Both the position numbers and the translations under genes were made by a program. The notes beneath the pieces were generated by a model that was given only the letters and a program-made list of their open reading frames with translations, searched no databases and was not told the DNA's origin. 64,000 nt of DNA from a virus, in the IMG/VR virus record IMGVR_UViG_3300021602_000003, positions 64,001-128,000 of that record, one strand, 5' to 3'. Of this stretch, positions 30,511-39,163 are shown in pieces (within the stretch, counting starts at the first letter, position 1; each line of letters begins with the position of its first letter).

Positions 30511-31542
30511 ATGACAAAACAGTATCATACACTCGTATTCATCGGTCGGTTTCAACCGGTGCACAATGCTCACACAGAAATCATCCGTAGAGCAAGTAAA
30601 CTTTCCAAACAAATTATTATCATTGTCGGCAGTGCTAATCAACCACGGACCTATAAGAATCCGTGGACAAGCAAAGACCGCCAAAACATGCTCGAAAATA
30701 TTCTGAACTATATAGTTCCAGAGACAGAGTGTGCGGTTCGTATCGAGCACAATACAGACACAATCTATAATGATACAGCATGGGCCGGCCGTGTCCAGTC
30801 TATTGTAGCAAAACATACACAACCGGGTGATAAGATTGGTGTAATCGGGCATAAGAAAGATAGCACCTGCTTTTATCTTGATATGTTTCCGCAATGGGAA
30901 CAAGTTGAAGTTCCACTACTGGAACCTCTCAACGCTACGAATATTCGTGATCTTTATTTTCGCCGAGATGCTAATATGCACTTTATTCATGGTGTTGTTC
31001 CACAACCTGTATTTAGATTGCTAGAAGGTTGGAAAGATACACCAGAATACGAACAAATTATTCGTGAACGAGAATTTGTTGAAATGTATAAAAAACAATA
31101 TTCGAGTTTACCATATGAACCAGTATTTGTAACAACCGATGCTGTAGTAATATGCTCTGGACATGTGGCAATGATCAAACGCCGCAGCGAACCAGGTAAA
31201 GGTCTGTGGGCATTACCCGGCGGATTCTTAAATGCTGCTACAGATAAGAGTGTTGTAGATGCAATGATTCGCGAATTACGTGAAGAGACAGGTATTAAGG
31301 TACCTGCCCCTGTACTTTTAGGTAGCATTAAGGATTCGCGTGTTTTTGACGCAATAAACCGTAGTGCCAGAGGCAGAACAATAACGCACGCCTTTAAGAT
31401 TCTATTGCCAGATGGTCCACTACCGAAAATTAAAGGTATGGATGATGCAGTTAAGGCAGAATGGATCCCGATTAGCGAAATAGACAGTAATGTATGTTTT
31501 GAAGATCATTTCGAAATTATTAATCACTTTTTGGGGAACTAA
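30511..31542 (+). CDS. nadM: Bifunctional NMN adenylyltransferase / ADP-ribose pyrophosphatase (NadM-Nudix)
   Basis: FIGRFQPVHNAH, GSA..KNPW, NATNIR; Nudix box WALPGGF...RELREETG. Confidence 0.92.
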   Translation: MTKQYHTLVFIGRFQPVHNAHTEIIRRASKLSKQIIIIVGSANQPRTYKNPWTSKDRQNMLENILNYIVPETECAVRIEHNTDTIYNDTAWAGRVQSIVAKHTQPGDKIGVIGHKKDSTCFYLDMFPQWEQVEVPLLEPLNATNIRDLYFRRDANMHFIHGVVPQPVFRLLEGWKDTPEYEQIIREREFVEMYKKQYSSLPYEPVFVTTDAVVICSGHVAMIKRRSEPGKGLWALPGGFLNAATDKSVVDAMIRELREETGIKVPAPVLLGSIKDSRVFDAINRSARGRTITHAFKILLPDGPLPKIKGMDDAVKAEWIPISEIDSNVCFEDHFEIINHFLGN

Positions 31543-31543
31543 A

Positions 31544-32527
31544 ATGAGAAATAAGATACCAACTGGCTACCTCTTTACAGTCGATGGATTACGTGGCGAA
31601 CTCGAAACATTATCTATCGGAGACTACGGAAAATCACGAAACATAAAAGCTGATTTTCTCGGATTTCCAAATGAAATCAACGGAGTTGCAAATGGCAATT
31701 GTTTGCCCTTATCTGAAAAATGGGTGATCACACTCTCAACGCAATATGGTTGTATCCAAAACTGCCGATTTTGCGATGTGCCAAAGATTCCATTTAAGGG
31801 TAATGCATCCTTCGACGATCTTAAGTTACAGTTTTATGAGGCAGTAAAATGTTTTCCCGAAGTTCATTATACTGACCGGTTGAATATTCATTTTGCTCGG
31901 ATGGGCGAACCTATTGTTAATGATCATGTTTTCAACTTCGCAAGATGGTTATTTACTAACAAACATATTATTCAGCAAGAGTTAAATCTCCGTACCGAAG
32001 TTATTCATCCTGTTCTAACTACTTCGTTACCGAATAAGTTTAAGCACAATGAAGCGAGATTAAATGAATGGTGCCAGATTAAAAATGAGCTATATAATGG
32101 CCAGGCAGGATTACAGTTGAGCATAAATTCAACTAGTGAGGAACAACGAAATGATATGTTCGCGTGTGGGCAGCTAACCCTTAAAGAAATATCCGATATT
32201 GGAAATCGACTGCCTGATCCTATCGGCAGAAAATATTGTTTGAATTTTGCTTATAGCACTAACTACGAAATAGATGCTAATAAGCTATTGGGTCTTTTTG
32301 ATCCGAATAAATTTATGGTGAAGATTACTCCGATCCACAATAATGACGCATGTAGGAAAAACAACATTAAAACTGTTGGCGGATATGACTCCTATCTACC
32401 GTATAAGACGGTAGAGGAATCACTTAAACTGGCAGGCTACGATGTGTTAGTTTTTGTTCCTTCGATGGACGAGGAACAAGGATTAGTTACGTGCGGGAAT
32501 TTGGTATTGTCCAAAAAATTGACCTAA
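31544..32527 (+). CDS. Radical SAM protein, RlmN/Cfr-like
   Basis: STQYGCIQNCRFC (CxxxCxxC), RMGEP, LQLSINS, C-terminal TCGNL. Confidence 0.8.
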   Translation: MRNKIPTGYLFTVDGLRGELETLSIGDYGKSRNIKADFLGFPNEINGVANGNCLPLSEKWVITLSTQYGCIQNCRFCDVPKIPFKGNASFDDLKLQFYEAVKCFPEVHYTDRLNIHFARMGEPIVNDHVFNFARWLFTNKHIIQQELNLRTEVIHPVLTTSLPNKFKHNEARLNEWCQIKNELYNGQAGLQLSINSTSEEQRNDMFACGQLTLKEISDIGNRLPDPIGRKYCLNFAYSTNYEIDANKLLGLFDPNKFMVKITPIHNNDACRKNNIKTVGGYDSYLPYKTVEESLKLAGYDVLVFVPSMDEEQGLVTCGNLVLSKKLT

Positions 32528-32585
32528 TATAGTAATAGTGCTATAATAAGTCATGGTAAGAAAAGTCCCGACGATAGAGTTGGGC
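32519..32585 (+). promoter_or_regulatory. Sigma70 promoter plus leader hairpin (GATAGA loop) of nadV
   Basis: TTGACC-17-TATAAT with TG; CCCGAC-GATAGA-GTTGGG at 32567-32584. Confidence 0.65.
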
Positions 32586-32607
32586 ATTTAAATAAAGGAA
32601 CTTTATT

Positions 32608-34032
32608 ATGAAACTCTCAAAAAATATTATTTTAAATTCTGACTCGTATAAATATAGTCAGTTCAATCAGTACCCTAAAAATACCGAATATGTGTATTCT
32701 TACATTGAATCGCGTGGCGGTCAGTGGAACAAAACAGTCTTTTTCGGATTGCAGGCATTCATCAAGGAGTATTTGACTACTCCGATCACCAAGGAAGATA
32801 TCGATGTTGCTGAAGCCATTATCACTGCTCACGGTGAACCGTTTTATCGGGAAGGGTGGGAATATATTCTTACGGCGCACGAAGGTCGTCTTCCAGTCGT
32901 CATTAAAGCGGCCCCAGAAGGTTGTCTCATACCAACTAAGAACGTATTAGCCACAATTGAAAACACTGACCCGAAGTGCGGGTGGCTAACATCGTTTCTT
33001 GAGACTGCAATTCTTCGCGCAATTTGGTATCCGACTACTGTAGCAACAAATAGTTACGAATCGAAGAAAATTATACTCAACGCATTGGAGAAAACAGGTG
33101 ACCCCACTCTTATTGATTTTAAGCTACATGATTTTGGTGCTCGTGGTGTATCGAGCATGGAAAGTGCTGGTCTCGGGGCAGCAGCTCACCTCATTAATTT
33201 TATGGGCACTGATACTATTACTGGTCTACTCTACGCTCGGGAGTATTATGGTGCTGACATGGCAGGATTCAGTATCCCCGCAATGGAACACTCCACTGTT
33301 ACAAGTTGGGGACGCGAAGGTGAAGTAGATTCATATCGCAACATGTTGAAAACACATGGTAAGAAAGGTTCACCAATTGCGTTTGTTTCAGACTCGTACG
33401 ATATTTTTAATGCCTGCAAGCTGTGGGGCACTGAGTTGAAACAAGATGTAATTGATTCCGGTGCAGTAGTTGTAGTTCGCCCAGATTCGGGTGACCCGAG
33501 TGATGTGGTTGTCAAGTGCCTCTACATTTTAGAAAAATATTATGGTTCTGTGAAGAACGACAAGGGATTCCGTGTATTAAACAATGTCCGTGTTATCCAA
33601 GGTGATGGTATTGATCATGCTACAATTCGCAGCATTTTGTTCTGTATGGAAATTGCTGGATTCAGTGCAGACAATGTGGCATTCGGCCAAGGTGGTGCTC
33701 TGCTACAGCAAGTCAACCGTGACACCCTGAAGTTCGCCATGAAGTGTTCCGCAATCGGTATCAAAGAATGGTCGGAAAAATACGAACAAAATATTACAGT
33801 TTGGCGCGATGTGTTCAAGGATCCGATCACCGATCACGGCAAGGTCTCTAAGAAGGGTCGCGTGACTCTTTGGGAAAGTGGGGGCGAGTATGCTTCTGCC
33901 ATTGATGAACCACGCGGTTGGACTGACAGAGGGGTTGGCCCGTGGGTCGAAGCTCTTTCTGAAGTCTATCGTGACGGTGCCTTAATAAAAGAAATTACTT
34001 TTGACGAAGTTCGCGCTAACGCCAGGAGATAA
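32608..34032 (+). CDS. nadV: Nicotinamide phosphoribosyltransferase (NAMPT)
   Basis: SDSYKYS, FFGLQ, LHDFGARG, SIPAMEHS, VSDSYD, VRPDSGDP, IQGDG, SKKGR. Confidence 0.95.
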   Translation: MKLSKNIILNSDSYKYSQFNQYPKNTEYVYSYIESRGGQWNKTVFFGLQAFIKEYLTTPITKEDIDVAEAIITAHGEPFYREGWEYILTAHEGRLPVVIKAAPEGCLIPTKNVLATIENTDPKCGWLTSFLETAILRAIWYPTTVATNSYESKKIILNALEKTGDPTLIDFKLHDFGARGVSSMESAGLGAAAHLINFMGTDTITGLLYAREYYGADMAGFSIPAMEHSTVTSWGREGEVDSYRNMLKTHGKKGSPIAFVSDSYDIFNACKLWGTELKQDVIDSGAVVVVRPDSGDPSDVVVKCLYILEKYYGSVKNDKGFRVLNNVRVIQGDGIDHATIRSILFCMEIAGFSADNVAFGQGGALLQQVNRDTLKFAMKCSAIGIKEWSEKYEQNITVWRDVFKDPITDHGKVSKKGRVTLWESGGEYASAIDEPRGWTDRGVGPWVEALSEVYRDGALIKEITFDEVRANARR

Positions 34033-34033
34033 T

Positions 34034-34219
34034 ATGAAAACATCACATCACCAGTTTGATCTTACACCGCAACTTAAGGAAGAGATGGAATTCTGGAAAA
34101 TGTGGCAGGAGAAGTTTGGTAAAGACTCAGCTATCGAACTTTCTTCTGGTTTGATTAGATATCTATGCGACCGCTGTAAAGAATATCGCAAGAAGATTGC
34201 TGAACTGGAGTCAGTATGA
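34034..34219 (+). CDS. Small hypothetical protein
   Basis: AGGAG SD then ATG 34034. Confidence 0.6.
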   Translation: MKTSHHQFDLTPQLKEEMEFWKMWQEKFGKDSAIELSSGLIRYLCDRCKEYRKKIAELESV

Positions 34220-34309
34220 AGTATTCTGGATGAGTTGCACGGAATGTTCTCTTACAAGACTTCATCAACCCTGTGAAGCCTGTCCAAATTGGTCAGCGCA
34301 AAAACGAAG

Positions 34310-36109
34310 TTAACTTAGTTCGTCGTCCTCTAAGAATTTACTTAATTTACTTTCATATGTATCGACTAGATTCGATGCCTCGGCCTGTTGTCTTAATTGG
34401 GCTATCTTTTTAGCTAGTTCTTTCTTCATTAGAGGACTTCTGGAAGTCTCGGGATCCATTTGTATCCGTTGTAATTCTTTTTGGCGCGAGCGTAATGCCT
34501 CTCTGGTTAGCGGTTGTGCAACATCTTCTACCTTTACAGTATCCCCTCTCCACTCGTCTGTGGAGTCATCTAACACATCTTGATAACTCACATCGTTGGA
34601 AGGTGCTGAACGGTTTATGCCACCCATACCACCTTCGTTTACATCACCTATCATAGTTGCATAGTCGTCCATAGTAAGTGTTCTGCCTTCCTGGCTTAAC
34701 TCGATTAACTTCTCGGCCGCATTGTGCAGATCTAGGTCGGTTTTTGCGTCTTCTTTGGCATATTCCATGATCCGAATCAATAAAGGCACATCTACTGTTA
34801 CTGTGTCAGCGGGATTATTAATTTCATCGCCTTCCGCCACACCTTGCTCCGAGGGTAACACTTGTATGTCGCCACCTGGGAATACACAAACCATTTCACT
34901 GTCAGTCACCGTTTGTAGAGCCTTGTACCCTTTTGATTGCAGTAACCTGACATATTTGGCCAGTTTACGATAATCTCTGTCAAACAATGCGTCAATAATA
35001 TCTTCGTCTATATCCTCATCGTAGTCAACGAGGTATACGGGACTGGCATTAACTTTAGCGCGTGTTATCGCATCGCCGTATACCTCGGCGTGTTCTTTAT
35101 GAGGACTGAAAAATACACCGAATGGTGGTATTTTGAATTTGCTAATTAAATGTTCGCCACCGTGATACAGAACATCGGGTAGACTTGATGATGAGTCCTC
35201 AGTTAATCCATCTGCTTCCGCCACGCCTTGCTCGCCGAATCGTTGACGATAGTCATTAGACTTCATCGAAGATCTTGTACCTATAACCGAATTACCTTCG
35301 CCACTTAATAATAGGTCGTACATTAATTTAATAACTTTTGTCGGGCTATTCATTCTTTCTAACGAATTTTTGAACCATTCGATCTTCTCCGGCTTCATCG
35401 GCTTAATGCTAGGTTTACTAATTAAGTTCATCGCTTGAACTTTTAATGTATGAAGATCTCTAATTTGTTCGAGGCGTTTTAAGTCTTCTATGCTAAAATT
35501 ATAATCTACCTTCCCTTCCTCAACATCTTGCTGTGCTGCCACATTCTGCGCTGACCTTCTTTCGAAGTTATCACCCATATGTTTTGTAGATTTTATAATC
35601 TTACCATAAACTCGATCTTCCTCCCCTGTGTCGCCTCTTGCTTTTGCAGCATCCATCTGCGGTCCAAGTTTTTCCTTCTGCCATTTATTGATAACTGTAT
35701 CTGATATCTCGTTTAACTCGTCTTCCATAATTTCGTCATCCTCGTCGGCAAGTTTTTCTATCACTATAACATTTCCAATAGATGTCTTCATCATTCTACC
35801 ATCGACCAATTGAAATAAGACTATATCACCACTAACTTTCTTAACCTTACCTTCCATCTTTGTTTTTCTAGTTCGAATATTATCGCCCGGCTCAGGCATA
35901 TCAGGAGATTCTTCTATAGATGATAGTTCGTCCCTTCGTCTTTGCTCTGACCGATCCTGCTCTCTGTGCCACTCGTCGTTACCGGGATTCTTTCTTGGTG
36001 CAGGCGGCGCAGCCTTTAGATGTTTCTTCGATTGTAAGTACTTAGTGACTCTTTCGGCAGCTTCATCTCCCGTTGGAATACTATTTTCTGTGACATGTGA
36101 TAACTTCAT
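34310..36109 (-). CDS. Modular late polyprotein containing an ADP-ribosyltransferase domain
   Basis: GATAAATA at 36140-36133 and AAAGGG SD support start MKLSHVTE; ART motifs LYHG, GVFFS, AEVYG, GYKAL, SEMVCVF; domains separated by EQGVAE/QQDVEE. Confidence 0.75.
   Translation of the reverse strand: MKLSHVTENSIPTGDEAAERVTKYLQSKKHLKAAPPAPRKNPGNDEWHREQDRSEQRRRDELSSIEESPDMPEPGDNIRTRKTKMEGKVKKVSGDIVLFQLVDGRMMKTSIGNVIVIEKLADEDDEIMEDELNEISDTVINKWQKEKLGPQMDAAKARGDTGEEDRVYGKIIKSTKHMGDNFERRSAQNVAAQQDVEEGKVDYNFSIEDLKRLEQIRDLHTLKVQAMNLISKPSIKPMKPEKIEWFKNSLERMNSPTKVIKLMYDLLLSGEGNSVIGTRSSMKSNDYRQRFGEQGVAEADGLTEDSSSSLPDVLYHGGEHLISKFKIPPFGVFFSPHKEHAEVYGDAITRAKVNASPVYLVDYDEDIDEDIIDALFDRDYRKLAKYVRLLQSKGYKALQTVTDSEMVCVFPGGDIQVLPSEQGVAEGDEINNPADTVTVDVPLLIRIMEYAKEDAKTDLDLHNAAEKLIELSQEGRTLTMDDYATMIGDVNEGGMGGINRSAPSNDVSYQDVLDDSTDEWRGDTVKVEDVAQPLTREALRSRQKELQRIQMDPETSRSPLMKKELAKKIAQLRQQAEASNLVDTYESKLSKFLEDDELS
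34831..35533 (-). repeat. Three dispersed 19-bp direct repeats (GAGCAAGGYGTGGCGGAAG on coding strand) at domain borders
   Basis: Copies at 34831-34849 and 35215-35233 (18/19 identical) and 35515-35533 (15/19). Confidence 0.85.
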
Positions 36110-36238
36110 AAGAAACCCTTTTTCATTTACATTATTTATCCGTAATTTTTGATTTGACTTCACAATGTACTTTATGCTATAATATTATTGCTAAATAACT
36201 ATCCCTTGTGAGTTTAGAGGGAGCATTAGGAGAGAAGA

Positions 36239-36778
36239 ATGATAACAGCAAAGTTACTTCTCGCTTATCTCATTAGTACAGCTAACATCGTCGGTATAGA
36301 CGTTGACACATCTAAGGTAGACCCCGAACAAGCGTATTGCTTGGCAGAGAATATCTATTATGAAGCAAGAAATGAAGATATCCGAGGTCAATTTGCAGTT
36401 GCTTCTGTTACCTTAAATCGCGCCAATGATGGGCGATTTCCGGATACTGTTTGTGCAGTGGTTAAACAAACCGCTGTATCAAGAATCAGTAAACGACTTG
36501 TCTGTGCGTTTTCCTGGTATTGCGAAAATGACAAGAAAGGTAGAGAAATACCTGTGAGAAATAAAGATGGAACAGTTAATCAACGAGTAGTAGATCAATT
36601 CCAAGTTGCCAGTATTGTAGCGATTACTGTGCTTGGAGGTAATGTGGATGATAATACAAATGGGGCAACTCATTTCCATAATCCACATACAAGTAATCCT
36701 GCTTGGAAACACGAGTTGATTAAAACAATGTCAGTTGGAAATCACGATTTTTATAAATTATATCCAGCAAAAGAATAG
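36239..36778 (+). CDS. SleB-like cell wall hydrolase (Hydrolase_2)
   Basis: CLAENIYYEARNE...GQFAVASVTLNR....FPDTVCAVV, FSW, GATHFH, GNHDFY; N-terminal hydrophobic signal; promoter 36154-36183. Confidence 0.9.
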   Translation: MITAKLLLAYLISTANIVGIDVDTSKVDPEQAYCLAENIYYEARNEDIRGQFAVASVTLNRANDGRFPDTVCAVVKQTAVSRISKRLVCAFSWYCENDKKGREIPVRNKDGTVNQRVVDQFQVASIVAITVLGGNVDDNTNGATHFHNPHTSNPAWKHELIKTMSVGNHDFYKLYPAKE

Positions 36779-36802
36779 GAAAGGGGCTTCCCCTTATTTA
36801 AC

Positions 36803-37048
36803 ATGTCGTTTAGTAGTAATTGGCGTCTTGAACCGGGATTAAAAGCTTATATAGCATATAAGAAGAGATTTGCATTCTTGCCAACTAAATGTGTGGAAGG
36901 CGAACATGTGTGGTTCAAGAATTATTATAAAAAATATGAAATATGGGGTTCCGACGGCCCGGCCGAATTAGGTATGGGTCACATCGATTTCATAGAGAAC
37001 ATAACCGAAGCAGATTATATTGTTAGAAGATTAACCGAAGGCTTTTGA
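36803..37048 (+). CDS. Hypothetical protein
   Basis: 81 aa, KRFAFLPTKC..G..VWFK.YY. Confidence 0.65.
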   Translation: MSFSSNWRLEPGLKAYIAYKKRFAFLPTKCVEGEHVWFKNYYKKYEIWGSDGPAELGMGHIDFIENITEADYIVRRLTEGF

Positions 37049-37092
37049 CTTTCGATAGATTTTCGTATACAATTTGCATATCAGGAGAAGAT

Positions 37093-37779
37093 ATGCAAGA
37101 TAATATTATTAAAGTTTTAGATCATGGCCATGTACGATTGGTCGAAAGCATGGGTAGCGACTTATCCATTGTGCGTAATGCTAGAGTATCCTACGATGCA
37201 GAATGGCGAGCAGGTGATGACGATGGCAAAGATGCCAAATTGCTCCATTACTTGTTAAAAAATAAACATACTAGCCCGTTTGAATCTTGTGTTTTTACAT
37301 TTGACGTAAAAGCACCCATCTTTGTATTTAGACAATGGCATAGACATCGTACTTGGAGTTTTAATGAAATTTCTGCTCGTTATGCAGAGCTGCCAGAAGA
37401 ATTCTACGTTCCGGAACTGGCTCAAATTACCACTCAGTCATCATCTAATAAGCAGATGCGTACAGAAGAACAACACCGGGATGCAGAAGGCGTGGCTGAA
37501 ATCATTAGATCATCTAGCGAGGCTTCTTTCAGTCATTATCACAAGCTAATATTAAATGGTTGCCCTCGTGAGTTAGCACGTTCGGTACTACCGGTAGGAA
37601 CATATAGTCATATGTTTGCTACTTGCGATTTACATAACTTATTTCACTTCCTTAAACTTAGATTACATTCACACGCACAATACGAAATTCGTGTTTATGC
37701 TGAAGCAATGTTAAAATTAATCGAACCTGTCGTTCCAATTTCTACTGCCGCTTTTAGAGAACACATCTTAGGTGTTTAG
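37093..37779 (+). CDS. thyX: Flavin-dependent thymidylate synthase
   Basis: HTSPFE, RQWHRHRTWSFNEISARY, RELARSVLP, AQYEIR; AGGAG SD before ATG 37093. Confidence 0.95.
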   Translation: MQDNIIKVLDHGHVRLVESMGSDLSIVRNARVSYDAEWRAGDDDGKDAKLLHYLLKNKHTSPFESCVFTFDVKAPIFVFRQWHRHRTWSFNEISARYAELPEEFYVPELAQITTQSSSNKQMRTEEQHRDAEGVAEIIRSSSEASFSHYHKLILNGCPRELARSVLPVGTYSHMFATCDLHNLFHFLKLRLHSHAQYEIRVYAEAMLKLIEPVVPISTAAFREHILGV

Positions 37780-37845
37780 ATAAATAACTATGCTACACAA
37801 TGGTAGCACAAATCAAAAACAAACCATCACAAAGGAAGGTTATCA

Positions 37846-38529
37846 ATGTCATATAATAAAACAAAATGCGACCCGGGATTGGGTCAGGAAGTACACGAGC
37901 ATCTAGTTAGAATGGGTGTCGAAACACCCTGCGAATCTGATTTTATGGATCGTAAAGAAAAAATAGAAAAGATCGAACATCATTTCGCTGCTATCATGGA
38001 AACGCTAGGGCTAGACCTGAGCGATGATAGTTTAGAAGAAACACCTAAGCGTGTCGCTAAAATGTATGTAAACGAAATCTTCTGGGGTCTTGACTACGAA
38101 GCATTTCCTAAATGCACCACTGTAGATAATAAAATGAAATACGACGAAATGGTCGTTGAAAGGAATATCAATGTACAATCTAACTGCGAACATCACTTTG
38201 TTGTTATTGATGGTGTTGCAACGGTCGGTTATATTCCTAAGCAAAAGGTACTGGGCCTTAGTAAGATTAATCGGATCGTTGAGTACTTTAGTAAGAGGCC
38301 GCAAATCCAAGAGCGACTAACTGAGCAGATTTATCATGCACTACAATATATTCTTGAAACAGATAATATCGGAGTAGTTATTCATGCTCAACATTTTTGT
38401 GTTAAGAGTCGTGGCGTGGAAGATGTGGGATCGAGTACTGTAACAAGTAAATTGGGCGGGTGTTTTAAAGATGAATCGCACGTTCGTTCTGAATTTATGA
38501 GATTAGTGCCGGTAGATTCACGGAGATAA
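37846..38529 (+). CDS. folE: GTP cyclohydrolase I
   Basis: TPKRVAKM, CEHH, GLSKINR, RPQIQERLT, HFCVKSRG. Confidence 0.95.
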   Translation: MSYNKTKCDPGLGQEVHEHLVRMGVETPCESDFMDRKEKIEKIEHHFAAIMETLGLDLSDDSLEETPKRVAKMYVNEIFWGLDYEAFPKCTTVDNKMKYDEMVVERNINVQSNCEHHFVVIDGVATVGYIPKQKVLGLSKINRIVEYFSKRPQIQERLTEQIYHALQYILETDNIGVVIHAQHFCVKSRGVEDVGSSTVTSKLGGCFKDESHVRSEFMRLVPVDSRR

Positions 38530-38540
38530 GGATATCTTAT

Positions 38541-39008
38541 ATGATCTTTAATAAAAGTAAAGAACTAAAAGGTATGAAGGTAGGGATTGTTTTCTCTACC
38601 TTCGATTTACTACATGCTGGACATATAGCAATGTTGAGCGAAGCTAAAAATCATTGCGACTATTTAATAGCAGGATTGCAGACAGATCCGACAATCGACA
38701 GGCCAGGAATTAAGAACAAGCCTGTCCAGAGTATTGTAGAAAGACAAATACAACTTGCCACAAATAGAAATGTAGACGAAGTAGTTGTATATGAAACTGA
38801 AAAAGATCTAGAAGACTTATTGTTAATTTTACCAGTTAATGTAAGAATACTAGGTGTAGAGTATAAAGATATATCCTTTACTGGAAAAGATATATGTCGT
38901 AACCGAAATATTGAAATAGTATATAACGGACGCGATCATAGTTTTAGTTCCAGTAATCTACGAAAGCGTGTGGCAGATTCTGAAAATTGTAAGGAGAAAC
39001 TACTATGA
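38541..39008 (+). CDS. HIGH-family cytidylyltransferase (TagD/RfaE-like)
   Basis: FDLLHAGH, RDHSFSSSNLR. Confidence 0.85.
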   Translation: MIFNKSKELKGMKVGIVFSTFDLLHAGHIAMLSEAKNHCDYLIAGLQTDPTIDRPGIKNKPVQSIVERQIQLATNRNVDEVVVYETEKDLEDLLLILPVNVRILGVEYKDISFTGKDICRNRNIEIVYNGRDHSFSSSNLRKRVADSENCKEKLL

Positions 39009-39163
39009 TTGCATTACTCTTAATAATACTCGCATTAAATCTGTGCATTGTTCTCAGATTAGCAATAGTATATGGAAGAATCATTGAATCGAATTGTACA
39101 CACGATTGTGATCAAGGCAGGAATTGTACCTGCTGTAATAAAGACGAAAAAGAGGCATTATGA
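39005..39163 (+). CDS. Small membrane protein with Cys-rich tail (52 aa)
   Basis: MIALLLIILALNLCIV... then CTHDCDQGRNCTCC; ATGA overlaps at both ends. Confidence 0.65.
   Translation: MIALLLIILALNLCIVLRLAIVYGRIIESNCTHDCDQGRNCTCCNKDEKEAL

Noticed and set aside
34831-35533. 19-bp repeats as a CRISPR array or DGR template/variable repeat
   Set aside because: Spacing is 300-384 nt of in-frame coding sequence, there are no cas or reverse transcriptase genes, and mismatches are not adenine-specific
37791-37841. Canonical preQ1-I riboswitch
   Set aside because: Hairpin plus A-rich tail is similar in outline, but the loop is too short and lacks the conserved preQ1-I nucleotides; kept only as an unclassified leader structure
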